Below are positions 1-11,652 of a DNA stretch of 64,000 nt, in pieces. Each line of letters opens with the position of its first letter. Position 1 is the first letter of the stretch. Source of the stretch: Podospora anserina (Eukaryota); assembly GCA_017654855.1 (NCBI GenBank), contig CM030336.1, positions 3,844,001-3,908,000 on the forward strand, read 5' to 3'. The notes under the pieces were generated by a model. The model did no database searches. It saw only the letters and a program-made list of their open reading frames with translations, and was not told the DNA's origin. Both the position numbers and the translations under genes were made by a program.

Positions 1-1078
1 CTTCTTTACACCACCGCCTCCGGCCAGCGCAGAGTCCGCTGCTTGAACGTCATCGCTGGTGTTAGCGAACAGGCGAGAGAGAGCATCAAGTTTATTGACC
101 AGGATGCTGTCTACACTATTCTTGCAAAGGAAGCCTCCACCAAGCTTGCTACTACTAGCAGTAGTCTGAAGGACGTCCGGGCGGGTCTTACGGAGAAGAC
201 GATTGATGTCTTGGCCATGTACCGCAAGAATTTTCTGGCTCAGGCGCATCCACCCGGACAGCTGGTTATGCCGGAGAGGTTGAAGGAGTTTGCGATGTAC
301 ATGCTTGGCATGATCAAATCCCGTGCTTTCAAGGGCGGTAATGAAACATCTGACCGGAGGGTGCACGAGATGAGGATGATTCGCTCCATGGGCTGCCTGG
401 AACTGTCTCTCTACCTCTACCCGAGGATGATACCCATTCACAACCTCGCTCCCGAAGATGGCTTCCCCGACCCCGCCACCGGACACCTCAAGATGCCCCC
501 TTCCACCCGCACCACCTTCTCCCGTGTCGAACCCGGGGGTGTGTACATTGTGGACAATGGCCAGCAGCTCCTCATCTGGTTCCACGCCCAGACGAGCCCG
601 AACCTGATTGAGGACTTGTTTGGGCCTGGAATGGACGAGCTGAGGAAGCTGGACGCGTACACGAGCCAGCTGCCGGTGTTGGAGACGCACTTGAATGCGC
701 AGGTGAGGAATATTTTGGAGTGGTTGAGGGGGATGAGGGGAAGCAAGGGGTTGACGGTGCAGCTGGCGAGGCAGGGGTTGGACGGGGCCGAGTACGAGTT
801 TGCGAGGTTGCTGGTGGAGGATAGGAACAATGAGGCGCAGGGTTATGTGGATTGGTTGGTGGCGGTGCACAGGGGGGTGCAGCTTGAGGTGAGTAAGGGG
901 ACAAGGTTGAAGTGATCATGTCAGTGTGATTTGACAGGGTTGTGACGTGAGGGGGGGGGGGATGTGTGTGCTGACGAAAAGTGATTTATAGTTGACCGGT
1001 CAGAGGAAGAGGGAGGATAAGGATGGGGATGGGGGGGTTATGGGTGGTTTTACGGGGTTGAGGGCGGGGTATTGGTAG
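1..1078 (+). CDS. SEC24: Sec24/Sfb3-family COPII cargo adaptor, 3' part (gene begins before the window); intron 889-991
   Basis: Helical and gelsolin-like C-terminal motifs (GQLVMPERLKEF, LYLYPRMIPIHNL, GGVYIVDNGQ, LVEDRNNEAQGYVDWL). GTGAGT donor at 889, CTGAC branch, TAG acceptor at 991; last exon LTGQRKR...RAGYW* ends at 1078. Confidence 0.88.
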
Positions 1079-1541
1079 GACCGAGGACTTGGGGGAAGGG
1101 TTGAGGAGATGATGGGGAGTTGAGATGGTGGAAAGGGGGGTGAGTTTGTTGGAAGTAGATACCATAAAATGGAATTTGTGTCATGTTTTTTTTTTGCTCG
1201 ATCTCTGGCATTCAATGACAATTGGGAGCGTGGTTGGTGATATCGGGTTACTTACTGGCTGCGGCTCTATGTAATCCACAGGGTGAGGTGAGTATATGGA
1301 GTTGGCTTAGGCATGACTAAACTGAACCGGAACCGAACTATAACTAGTTACACAGGTTTATAATGTCATAAGCTTGAGTGGGTTATTTAGCTTGGGTGGG
1401 TTATTTCAATGACAATCTTTCGAGTCGTGTATACTGCAAGGGAGGGTATTGTTTATTAAAATTTCCAAACTCCAAATGATGCACACCTTTACCCTCCCTT
1501 CCATATACCACCCTCAAATTATGTCCAGCCAGTCAAACTAC

Positions 1542-4500
1542 CTACCTCATCTCAATCCTCTCCACCAAATCCCCCCCCAACCTCGCCATCTCCCCCACCA
1601 TCGCCTCCTTATTCATCTCCACCTCCACCTTGTCCTCCCCATCCCCCTCCTGCTGCTGCCTCCCCGGCCTATAACTAGCCAACATTCCCCCCTTCAATAC
1701 CCTCCTCTCCATCCCCGGATTCCAAATCGCCCCCACAACATTATCCCCCTCCCCACCCCAAAAAAACACCAACGGGCCCCCAAATACCTTCCCAAACTGC
1801 TCCAGCAAGACCTCCGCCGGGTGCGCCACTAAAGGGAGTAAATCCTCCCCAGTAACAACATCCAAATTCTTAAACTTACTCCCCCTCCCCTCCCCCACCT
1901 CCTCAGCAGGATCAACATTCTCATACGTCCTCATCGCATTCTTCAACGCTTTAGGATCAAGATGAATAAGCACGTCATACTCCTTAAGCGAAGGGACAAA
2001 CAGCCTCCTCGGGTCGAGCAACAACTGCTCCTCCCTAACAACCCTACAAGCCGCCTTCGCCAGAGCCGTCATCCTCGTCGCCACCACCCTTGTCGGCTTC
2101 GGCTCATTGTTCAGACTTGTCCACGCGATACCGGTCGGCTCCTGGGTGGTGGCAACAAAGAGAACAGTGTGGTTCATCCCCGGGTCAATCTTCCTCCACG
2201 CTTCCATCCTTGTCACAATAGCAAAGTGGTCAGAGTTGGTCAGTTCATTCCCCGAGTCGATGATCAGTGGTTCTGAGCGCCAGTCCCAACGGGATAAAAA
2301 TAGCAAGACGCGATTGAACCCCGTGGAGGGGGAGGAGGGTGCGTCCCAGGGGTAGGGCGACAGGAAGATGTGCAGGGTGACGAGCTCGATGAACTCGGGT
2401 GTGAAGTGGATGGAGAGTTTATGGCTGTTGAACCAGTGTTTCACCAGTCTTATCGTTGGGCCCAAGGCGGGGAAGAGGGTGATGCTGGTGTTGATTGTTT
2501 GGTTGTGGAGTGGGAGGTTGTTGTATAACCTCTTGAAGGCAGCCAGTTGAGTCGTGGCTCTTTGTCGGAGGTATTGTTCCTGAGTCTTGTCCTTGACTTG
2601 TCGTTCGAGAAGGGACTCTTCCAGGTCGCTGTGGATGCGAAGGCGGAAAGCTGGGCCGGATTCATAGACCACGTCGAGGAAGGCGAGGTTTTCGGTTTCG
2701 AAGTGGGCGTCCTCGAGACCGACGTGGGTTTTCACCCCTTGTTTGCTGTTTTCGAGGAGGTTGCCGATCATGAGTAGGAAAGCAATCTTGGTCCTCTGGA
2801 TAGCGGCGATGCTTTCGGGCCATTTACCCGAGGCTTCAAAGGAAATGACGCAGTCCATTGGGCGAGGCCCGGACTTGAGAGAGCCAAACACCGGAGGTTT
2901 GACAGAGGCATGCCGAAGTTCAGGGCAGACAGGAGCGATCTGACGAACGCGCAGGGGAAGGTCGTCGAGGTTGCGGATGTCGCGTTCAAAGGTGCTAAAC
3001 TCTTTTCTTGCTACACTGTACGAGGTTGTGTCGGCGGGTTTGATGGAGAGGAGGACAGCCAGGCCGTTGCCGTAGAAGCTGATGTCGTCCTCGAGATGAC
3101 CAATACGAAGGTGGAGCGCGAGGATGTACCGCATGATCTCCTCGCAGATCTCGAATGGTGTTGTTGACTTCCAGACCAGTGTCTCACGGATCGTGTCCCG
3201 CTCAAAACGACGCAACTCGGCCTTGTCACCCCAAAACCTGCGGAACCTGTCGCATTCCTCCTTCTCTTCGGCCGTTGCGCCAGCAGAAGGCCCCTTGTCC
3301 ACCACGCGGCTCATGTTGACGGGGTCAAACAGTACACCAACTTCCAGGGCGGCCCTTGTCTGGTCCTTGGGCTTTTCCGCAAGAGACCATTTTGGCTGCT
3401 CGGGAGTCTGAATATGAACAACCCTCGCTCTTTCACCCAGCTCCTTGTCGCCCAGCGCTCTCTTGAGCACTCTGTAAACCTTGCTACCGAGCTGCCAAAT
3501 TCTGCCACGGGACTCGGAATAATCGTTTCCAATAACTTGGTCCAAAACATCGCTGTAGTTGAGGTGGGCAAACAAGTCAAACGTGTGAGAAGGCAGGTCG
3601 GCCCTGAGGATGAAAGTAGGCGTGAACTGGTCGGCAGAGCTGTCACTCAACAGGCTTCTGGTCCACTTGGCGTGTTGGTGCAGCAAAGCGGCTGACCAAC
3701 GTCCCATCTTGAAAGCAACATTCAGTCCCCGAGAATAATCGTACAGGATCGGTCCAGACTCGATATGTTCCTCCAAATCAACATTTTCAGCGCCAAGAAC
3801 GCATGGCTTCTCTGAAAAGTTCATCACTGACAAGAACTGAACCTGAGCCTTGAACAGTTGGGTGGCGCTGAGCGATGTCGACAACGCCGCATGCCCCATC
3901 CTTTGGCCTCCTTGAAGCAGAAGAGCGAGCAAAACCGACCACTCAAAGTGACCGAACCCGCCCTTGGAGATATCACCGCCGAACCCTCTCTGCTGGAGCC
4001 ATGTCCGTCCCAAAATACAGGCCTTCTTGAACGCGGCGCACTTCTTTTCGGTCTGGCGAAGAAGTTTCAGGTACGACAGGAAAGACCCCTCGGCGGCCAC
4101 GGTCGAGTTGTAAAAGGCGGTAGGGTGCGCTGGCGTTTCCGATTCGGTGTCTCTCCCTCTTCGGACCAAGGAAGCGCCCAGATGAAGCTTCCCCTTGGGA
4201 AAGAAGCCCTCTGGGGCGCATGGGATGATCCGTATTCTGTACTGCAGACGCCCCTTCGATCCCTCATCTGTCGCTTCTGGTGACTTTGGCTGAATTGCGA
4301 GAACGGGAGTCAGTGGGTTGCCGTTGAGGTACTCGTAGGATAGCTCGGCCTCGTCTCCAGACTCCTTTTGCAGAGCACTCGCAACAACAGCCAGATAATA
4401 TGCCCTCTTGTAAAAGTATCGCAGGTCGAGGTAATCCTTCTCTTGCAAAATCTCCTGCGGCAGAACCACAATCATGTCCACGCTGTGATCCTTTTGCGTC

Positions 4501-4946
4501 TTGACCATCGTTTTGGAAACATAGCTGCCGACGACATTGAACTGAGAGGGTTTGGCGAATGCGACCTTGTAGTTGGAGTTCTTTGGTGGTTGCGGATCGG
4601 GGAAGGGAATCTTGATCTTGGATTTCTTTTCGAATTTTGTCGCAGCCTCGAGAATCTGGGCCTGTCAGCCACCACACGCGCGCAGCAGCAAACCTGATGT
4701 TCTTACTGGGAGAGGTTCTTGAGACTTGATGGTCTCGATGGAACTCTTGATCTTGTGAAGCAATTGGTCGGCGCCTTCAAAAGCAGTCTTGTAGTCGATG
4801 CGCACTTCCTCCAACAACTCCTCGGCCTCTAGGATGAATGCTCTGGATCTGGAAACGCCGCCAGTCGAGACTGCTGCTTCGAGAGCTTTCCCAGCGCCAT
4901 CTTGGCTGTGGTCGAGTTTTCTTCGTTTCGCCGGTCCGGAATCCAT
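1542..4946 (-). CDS. UTP22: U3 snoRNA-associated protein 22 (Nrap family); intron about 4656-4706
   Basis: KDYLDLRYFYKRAYYLA, WLQQRGFG, FRRFWGDKAELRRF, SGKWPESIAAIQRTKIAFLL and WDWRSEPLIID are Nrap/Utp22 motifs. The first exon MDSGPAKRRKL joins through a GTAAGA...CAG intron. Confidence 0.92.
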
Positions 4947-5041
4947 GTTTGCGGTGTTCGGAGACGTGTATAACGAGCTTCCTCCACAGATGCTGCTTCT
5001 CTTGTGACGCCAATTCCCCGACTTTTTTTCTGCTGGGATGT

Positions 5042-5066
5042 TGCGATAAGCTACTGCGATAAGCTA
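5042..5066. promoter_or_regulatory. Tandem TGCGATAAGCTA x2, PAC-like element upstream of UTP22
   Basis: Exact 12-bp direct repeat at 5042-5053 and 5055-5066, about 100 bp upstream of the UTP22 ATG. It resembles the yeast PAC motif GCGATGAG. Confidence 0.45.
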
Positions 5067-5744
5067 GAAAGAAGTCTTGGTAGTATATTTGGGCGGAGGT
5101 CGGATTATCCCTGTCCGGCAGGCATCAAAATGTGGAGTAGAGACCTTGAAGAGGTGAGTGGGGGTCGCTTTTCACTTCAAGAGCATCCCTCGAACAGTTT
5201 CATACCCAAGCACCCAAGGTAAGCTGGCACATGCTGCTTCTGGGTTTTAATTGATGGTGACTCGGAACTTGCAAGTACTGTGTAAAGTGAACCTGGACCT
5301 TCCCCGTGATCTATGGTAGGCACGTAGGGCTAGTTTAGGTCTGATGACGTTGTCCTACCAGGAGTAAAAACATCAAGCGGTTGAAGACGAATGGCCAAGC
5401 TAGATTTCATTATCATGGTGAACTTAATCAAAGACACTCTATCAACAAACAGCAACTTAATTAGTCATATCCCCTGCTTCTTTCCTACTGTTGACTGCTG
5501 TCTAGATTGAAATAAGGCAGCTCTGGTGGGGGATTAATAGTGGGTCCGCTGCCCCTCCACGCCTGGTTTGCGCCGCTGTGGCAGTTGCAGCACGACGCCT
5601 GGCATTCTGAACTGAGCATCAACAGCTTCATTCATGACCATCGAATTCACCATTGTTGAACTTGTCGTCGTTGCTTTGATTACTTTTTTCTTTTACCTGT
5701 TCCCAGAAGCCCGATGAGCGAGGTCTCATCCACCATCCCTCAAA

Positions 5745-8700
5745 ATGTCCAGCACCAAGGCCATGCTAAAGTCCGTCAATGACTTCATCAAACAGTCGAA
5801 ATGGGACGATGCCAGAGAAGCCGCCAACGAGGTCCTCCAAAGGGACCCCAAAAACTACCATGCTCACATCTTTCTGGCTTTTGCGCTGGACAAGAAGAAC
5901 ATGCTCGAGGATGCCGAGAACACCTATCTTGCCGCCACCAACATCAAACCAGGCGACACCCAGGCCTGGCAAGGCCTGATCAGGCTCTACCAAAAGCAGG
6001 GCAACAAAAAGCTAAAGCAGTACAAACATGCTGCCATCAAGCTTGGCGAAATCTTTCGGGACACCAATGAGATGTTCAAGTTTCAGGACGTTGTCGACAA
6101 GTTCGTCGACCATGCACGTACACAGGGCGAACGGCTGCAGTACGTCGATGCCTTGGACATCCAACTGCCAGGAAGCCCTCTGTACGAGGCCCTAGAAGGC
6201 CGTGTGCCTCACCCTGCCAAGACCTATGAGATTCAGGCCAAGATTGTCGAGCCCGAGGAGAAGAAGCGGATAAACACGCTTATTGGCGAGAGGCGCACCA
6301 GAATCGGAGCCCGCGTCAGCGAAGTGACTTTGGAGGTCAAGAGGGAAGTCTACCGCCAAAGCAAACTCGGCCACATCTACAGGCAGCTCATCGACTGGAC
6401 TGCCGATGACGAGCTCCGGCGCACATGCGAAGAAAAGTTGCTTCAGTATTGTTACGACCGGCTCTTGGCTTGGCCTCCTGGGGAGGAAAAGCAACAAGAG
6501 ATGGAAGTTGTTCGGAAACTGGCAAACGACATGGTCATCATTAGACACCCATTCAAGTTTGCTTGGGACATTGCTCTCAACTGGCAGGACCACAAGGAGA
6601 TCAAGGAATGGGATGTCACCATTCTCAGACAATATTGCTCATTCTTCCCGGACAGTGACCTGAACAGAGTCATCATGGGGTTTCTTACTAGCGACGTCTC
6701 GCCATTCCCCAAGGAAACACCAGCGCCAAATGATGTCACAGCGGATGGTGAGCCAGAGGATGAGAGCGAGGACGATGATGCTGGAGGTGTGCCCACAACA
6801 TATGTTCCTCTCACAGAGGAGGACCGACTGTTGATGATGACGGAGGGCATTAGCTCTGGCGATTCGTTGTTTGCGTACCGACTCATGGGCGAGTACAACC
6901 AACATCTCGAGGAGCACGAAAGCAACGTCGAGTTGATGCGTAAAGCAATCGACCTTCTCAAGACAGAGCGGACCAAGACAGGCCTGGCGTTCCGGAATAC
7001 AGGAGATGCCTACTCTTTGTATCTCGGCACCGCACTTGTCTTTTACCAATCTCCTCGTCACCATCAAGAAGCCAAGAGCTTGTTCGATGGTGTTTTGGCG
7101 CACGATCCCACATCCACCCCAGCCATGATTGGCGTGGGTCTGATTTATGAGGAAGAAGAGGAGTATGATGAAGCAGTTGGCTTTTTGGAACGTGCCCTGC
7201 TGGGCGACCCAACCAATCTCCGTGTCAAGACGGAGGCTGCCTGGGTCAAGGCTCTGAAAGGAGACTTTGCTGCCGCCAAGGCCGAGCTCGAGGCCTGCAT
7301 GCCACTGCTGACCGAGAAGGGGCAGAACAACAAGGAGTTGCTTTCGCAGACGAAATATCGTCTCGGTTATTGCATTTGGAACCTCGACACATCCAGGTCT
7401 GCCAGGAAGAGCCGCAGCGGTGCCTACAATTACTTCCTGGAGTCCCTCAAGAGCAATCTCAACTACGCCCCGGCCTACACTATCCTCGGTATCTACTATG
7501 CAGACTATGCCAAGGACAAGAAGAGAGCTCGGAGATGTTTCCAGAAGGCAGTCGAGCTCTCTCCATCTGAAGTTTTGTCTGCAGAGAGACTTGCCAGGTC
7601 TTTTGCTGACGACGGCGACTGGGACCGTGTCGAGCTCGTTGCTCAGCGAGTTGTTGACTCGGGCAAGGTCAAGCCGCCGCCTGGATCCAAGCGTAAGGGT
7701 ATCAGCTGGCCCTTTTCTGCTCTCGGCGTGGCCGAGCTCAACAAGCAGGATTACCACAAGGCCATTGTTTCTTTCCAGGCTGCCCTCAGAATATCACCAA
7801 ATGACTACCACTCTTGGGTTGGTCTCGGCGAGAGCTACCATGGCTCAGGTCGGTATATCGCTGCCACCAAAGCTCTTCTGAATGCCCAGAAGCTGGAGGA
7901 GTCACCCGATGTAGAGATCACAGGACAAGAGACGTGGTTCACCAGATTCATTCTCGCCGAGGTCAAGCGTGAGCTTGGCGACTTTGATGACGCCATTGAC
8001 TTGTACAAGCAGGTCTTGGAAGATAGACCGGAGGAAGATGGTGTCGCCATTTCGCTGATGCAAGCGATGGTGGACAATGCTCTCGTCAGTTTAGACAAGG
8101 GCTTTTTTGGCAAGTCTATCGACCATGCTGTGTCAGCGCTGCGGTTTGCGGTTGAGACTCCTGCGGCCATCAAGGACACTTTCAACTTTTGGAGAGCGAT
8201 TGCCGATGCCTGCTCCCTCTTCACCAGCGTCCAAGGCCGGTTGTCAGAGTTTCCCAGGGAGCTGGTGCAAGGGCTGCTCGGAAGCGACGAGGCTGCCCCC
8301 GAGTACCAGGTGCTGAAGGATATCGATGGAGTCGGCACCGCCGTTGTTAGCACCAACGGAATTTTCCATGACAATGAGAAGATGGGAATCGACTTGACCA
8401 GAGCTATGCATGCCACCATCCTGGCACACAAACGCGCCGTTCACCTGTCTGCCAACGACATTCATGCCCAGGCCGTGGCGTTCTACAACCTGGGATGGGC
8501 CGAGTACAGAGCTCATTCGTGTCTTCCATCTCATCTGAGGAAGAAGGCTACGAGGTATCTCAAGGCTGCTATTTCTTGCTTCAAGCGGGCCATTGAGCTC
8601 GAGGCCGGCAACTCTGAGTTCTGGAACGCTCTCGGAGTGGTCACCAGCATTGTGAACCCATCCGTTTCGCAACACTCGTTTGTGCGCAGCCTCCACATAA

Positions 8701-10028
8701 ACGAGAGAGGTGCTCACTCTTGGACCAATCTGGGTGTTCTTGCACTCCTTCAAGGCGACCTCCAGCTTGCCAACGAGGTCTTTACCAAGGCCCAATCTGC
8801 CGATCCCGACTTTGCCCATGCCTGGCTTGGTCAGGGTCTTGTCGCTCTGCTCCTGGGTGATCAGAAGGAGGCCCGCGGCCTGTTCATCCACTCGATGGAC
8901 ATTTCTGAAGCATCCTCCCTCGCCACCAGACGTCTGTATTCCGTCTCCATGTTTGACCACATCCTGTCATCCCCATCCGACCTTCCCATCACTTCCTTGG
9001 TCCAGCCCGTTCTCGCTCTCGGCCAAATTCAGGGCCTCAAACCTCAAGATCTGGCCTACGGTCACCTCTCTGCCTTGTTCCAGGAACGAACCCAAGAATA
9101 CCAACGGGCCGCCCACAACCTCGAAAACATCTGCACCCAAGCCGAAGCAGAATACGAAGTCACCGAGTCCCCCCAAGCACTCAAGCACTTTTCCATTGCC
9201 AAAACCGACCTCGCCCGCGCTCTGTTGGCGCAAGGCCTCAACGTCGAAGCAATCGAAGCAGCTGAAATGGCCATTCAACTCTCCAGCGACGAGTCCGACA
9301 GCGAGCTCACGGCCGGGGAACGTAAGCGGCTGCGCCTCTCTGCGCATGTGTCTATGGGATTAGCGCAGTACCACCTCGACCACGTCGACGACGCCGTCGG
9401 CTCCTTTGAGCAGGCGATTCAAGAATCGGACGGCAACCCCGACGTTGCCTGTGTCCTGGCTCAGGTCCTTTGGGCAACCGGTAAGGATGACGCGCGTGAG
9501 AGGGCGAGAGATGTCCTGTTTGAAGTCATTGAGCAACACCCCAGCCACGTTCAGTCGGTCTGCTTGCTGGGCGTGATTGCGCTGTTGGATAAAGACGACG
9601 AGTCGCTTGAGGCTGTGGTGTCAGAGCTGCAGAATCTTCGGTCGGGTGATGAGGGGGTGTCTGCTGCGGAGCAGAGCCAGCTGGGCGAGGTTCTCAAGGC
9701 TGTGGCTGCACTGGGCTCTGGTGGTGGTGGTGGTGGTGGTGAGGAGGGCCAGGCGCAGGCGGATGTCATGTTCCATCCTTACTTGCCGCATGGGTGGGCA
9801 GAACTTGCTGGGCTGGAGGGGACGGCGGGGGATGGGGAGGGGGCGGCGGAGATGGCGTTGAGGGTTGCGATCAAGGGGGTTGCGCCGAGGGGGGATCTGC
9901 CGGCCGAGGAGCTGGCCAGGGCTTATGCCGGGACGGGCAAGGTGATGGATGCGCAAACGGCGGTGATGGTGGCGCCTTGGGAGGGGGCGGGGTGGAGGAG
10001 TTTGGGGGATGCCATCATTCGTTCTTAG
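5745..10028 (+). CDS. SKI3: Superkiller protein 3, TPR subunit of the Ski complex
   Basis: 1427-aa single-exon TPR-rich ORF (DPKNYHAHIFLAFAL, AWQGLIRLY, RARRCFQKAVEL, WVGLGESYHGSGRYIAATKA). Confidence 0.92.
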   Translation: MSSTKAMLKSVNDFIKQSKWDDAREAANEVLQRDPKNYHAHIFLAFALDKKNMLEDAENTYLAATNIKPGDTQAWQGLIRLYQKQGNKKLKQYKHAAIKLGEIFRDTNEMFKFQDVVDKFVDHARTQGERLQYVDALDIQLPGSPLYEALEGRVPHPAKTYEIQAKIVEPEEKKRINTLIGERRTRIGARVSEVTLEVKREVYRQSKLGHIYRQLIDWTADDELRRTCEEKLLQYCYDRLLAWPPGEEKQQEMEVVRKLANDMVIIRHPFKFAWDIALNWQDHKEIKEWDVTILRQYCSFFPDSDLNRVIMGFLTSDVSPFPKETPAPNDVTADGEPEDESEDDDAGGVPTTYVPLTEEDRLLMMTEGISSGDSLFAYRLMGEYNQHLEEHESNVELMRKAIDLLKTERTKTGLAFRNTGDAYSLYLGTALVFYQSPRHHQEAKSLFDGVLAHDPTSTPAMIGVGLIYEEEEEYDEAVGFLERALLGDPTNLRVKTEAAWVKALKGDFAAAKAELEACMPLLTEKGQNNKELLSQTKYRLGYCIWNLDTSRSARKSRSGAYNYFLESLKSNLNYAPAYTILGIYYADYAKDKKRARRCFQKAVELSPSEVLSAERLARSFADDGDWDRVELVAQRVVDSGKVKPPPGSKRKGISWPFSALGVAELNKQDYHKAIVSFQAALRISPNDYHSWVGLGESYHGSGRYIAATKALLNAQKLEESPDVEITGQETWFTRFILAEVKRELGDFDDAIDLYKQVLEDRPEEDGVAISLMQAMVDNALVSLDKGFFGKSIDHAVSALRFAVETPAAIKDTFNFWRAIADACSLFTSVQGRLSEFPRELVQGLLGSDEAAPEYQVLKDIDGVGTAVVSTNGIFHDNEKMGIDLTRAMHATILAHKRAVHLSANDIHAQAVAFYNLGWAEYRAHSCLPSHLRKKATRYLKAAISCFKRAIELEAGNSEFWNALGVVTSIVNPSVSQHSFVRSLHINERGAHSWTNLGVLALLQGDLQLANEVFTKAQSADPDFAHAWLGQGLVALLLGDQKEARGLFIHSMDISEASSLATRRLYSVSMFDHILSSPSDLPITSLVQPVLALGQIQGLKPQDLAYGHLSALFQERTQEYQRAAHNLENICTQAEAEYEVTESPQALKHFSIAKTDLARALLAQGLNVEAIEAAEMAIQLSSDESDSELTAGERKRLRLSAHVSMGLAQYHLDHVDDAVGSFEQAIQESDGNPDVACVLAQVLWATGKDDARERARDVLFEVIEQHPSHVQSVCLLGVIALLDKDDESLEAVVSELQNLRSGDEGVSAAEQSQLGEVLKAVAALGSGGGGGGGEEGQAQADVMFHPYLPHGWAELAGLEGTAGDGEGAAEMALRVAIKGVAPRGDLPAEELARAYAGTGKVMDAQTAVMVAPWEGAGWRSLGDAIIRS

Positions 10029-10247
10029 GGGACTATGTTGATGTTGGAGCGATGAGTTTGCGGTATGATCAAGGGCAGTTTTTGAGATGTCTGATGTTGG
10101 TGGATTCAACCCAAAAAAAAAGAAAAAAAGAATAAATCAAGTATCTTGCTCTTGCGCGTCTAGCAAAACGAAAAATGCAATGGGTATCTCTAGTCTTTTT
10201 TTTCCCCTGCCTCGCTTGCCCCTTTTCCATCAATAATTTCATCCAAA

Positions 10248-11105
10248 CTAATCACTCCCCTCCTCACCATTGTCCTCCCCCTTTAAAATCCCATCCCCCT
10301 CTCTCAACAACTCCCTGACCTCTTTCCCGCCCACCCCCATCTCCTGCCATTTGACCAACAACCTCCTCGGCAGTTCCCACTCCTTCTCCGCCTGCGGCCT
10401 ATCCCCCTGCTGCACAAACCCCCTCATCCTCTCCATCCCCCTATAAACCTCCCTCACCAACTCTTTCGTCCTCTTTTTTCTATCCGCCATCCCACCACCC
10501 CCTTGTTGTCTCCCCTGCTCCCCACCACAATGCTCCCTCATCTCCTCCCTCAACCCCCTAGCCATGTCGTACACCCTCCCCACAACAAGATCTATCGTGC
10601 CCGCCATTGGGTTTAACGGATCCATCGTTGTTCTCATTTTGCGGATTGTTTCAGTGGCGGTAATGAGCTTGGAGTAGTTGTCGTAGACTAGCGCCTTTTT
10701 TTCGGCGTCGAGGGCGCGGATTTCCGAGAGGAGGCGGGTGTATGTTTGGAGGAGGGAGGAGAGGGAGGAGGACTCGAGGAGGGAGGTTAGGTACTGCGTG
10801 GGGGAGAAGGAGGGGGAGTCGAGGATTGAGGCGGGGGTTGATGCTGGCGGGGGGGAGGGGGGGGAGGAGGTGGTGGTGGTTGTTATAGAAGGGACAGTGG
10901 TGCGGAGGTTGTAGTATTCGCGGAGGGCGGCGCGGGAGCGTTTGGGGGGTTGGTTGGTGGGGATGGAGAGGTTGGGGGAGCTGGGGAGGGAGGTGGAGGG
11001 GGGGTTGATGTCGAGGGAGGGGCGGGCGGAGGTGGTGGGAGTGTAGAGGTTTGAGGAGGAGGGGGTTCGACGGGGGGGGTCGCGGGGGGTGGCTATTGTT
11101 GACAT
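10248..11105 (-). CDS. VPS51: GARP complex subunit Vps51 (Vps51/Vps67 domain)
   Basis: RAALREYY, LDSPSF and EIRALDAEKKALVYDNYSKLITATETIRKM are the Vps51 signature. Confidence 0.88.
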   Translation of the reverse strand: MSTIATPRDPPRRTPSSSNLYTPTTSARPSLDINPPSTSLPSSPNLSIPTNQPPKRSRAALREYYNLRTTVPSITTTTTSSPPSPPPASTPASILDSPSFSPTQYLTSLLESSSLSSLLQTYTRLLSEIRALDAEKKALVYDNYSKLITATETIRKMRTTMDPLNPMAGTIDLVVGRVYDMARGLREEMREHCGGEQGRQQGGGGMADRKKRTKELVREVYRGMERMRGFVQQGDRPQAEKEWELPRRLLVKWQEMGVGGKEVRELLREGDGILKGEDNGEEGSD

Positions 11106-11150
11106 TTTGGGGATGGGATTGGTGGTGGTTGTGGTTCTATTGGTGATGGG

Positions 11151-11205
11151 TGGCGTCGGGTGTGGTGGTGTCGGGTGTGGTGGTGGCGGGTGTGTTGGTG
11201 TTGGG
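11151..11205. repeat. Degenerate 15-bp tandem repeat (TGGTGTCGGGTGTGG), about 3.5 copies, upstream of VPS51
   Basis: Read directly from the sequence. Confidence 0.6.
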
Positions 11206-11652
11206 AATGGGTAGTTGTGGGTGATGGGAATAGTTGAGGTTGACGAGGCTGACAGAGTCGTGTTTGGTTGATGAAGCTGAGGTAAGGTTATAAGGGTTGA
11301 ATTGACGTCGTGTCTCTTGGAAAGTAGGCGGATCCTTCCCGAGGGAGTGGGACCGCGCTAATTCCCCGCAGATGCAGGGGTCTTTGTTAGCGGCTGACCT
11401 TGTAACGACAGTGGGTCTCGATGCTGAGCTTCAACAACTTCAGTTGAGAAACCGAGATGATGGGATGGGGAGTCATTTGAACTTGACGAGAGCATTGTGA
11501 GATTAAATCACGGGAAGAAAAGTTTCTTTGTTTGCTTTGGGTAAGAGGAAATTCATATCGAGGATTGCTGTGAACTAAAAGTATACCTATTCACCACCTA
11601 TTCTTCAATACAAACACCATATGAGAGTATCGCGAACTAACATTATTTAACT

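Noticed and set aside
5342..5460. TGATGA suggesting a C/D snoRNA
   Set aside because: No suitably placed box D, terminal stem or recognisable rRNA guide.
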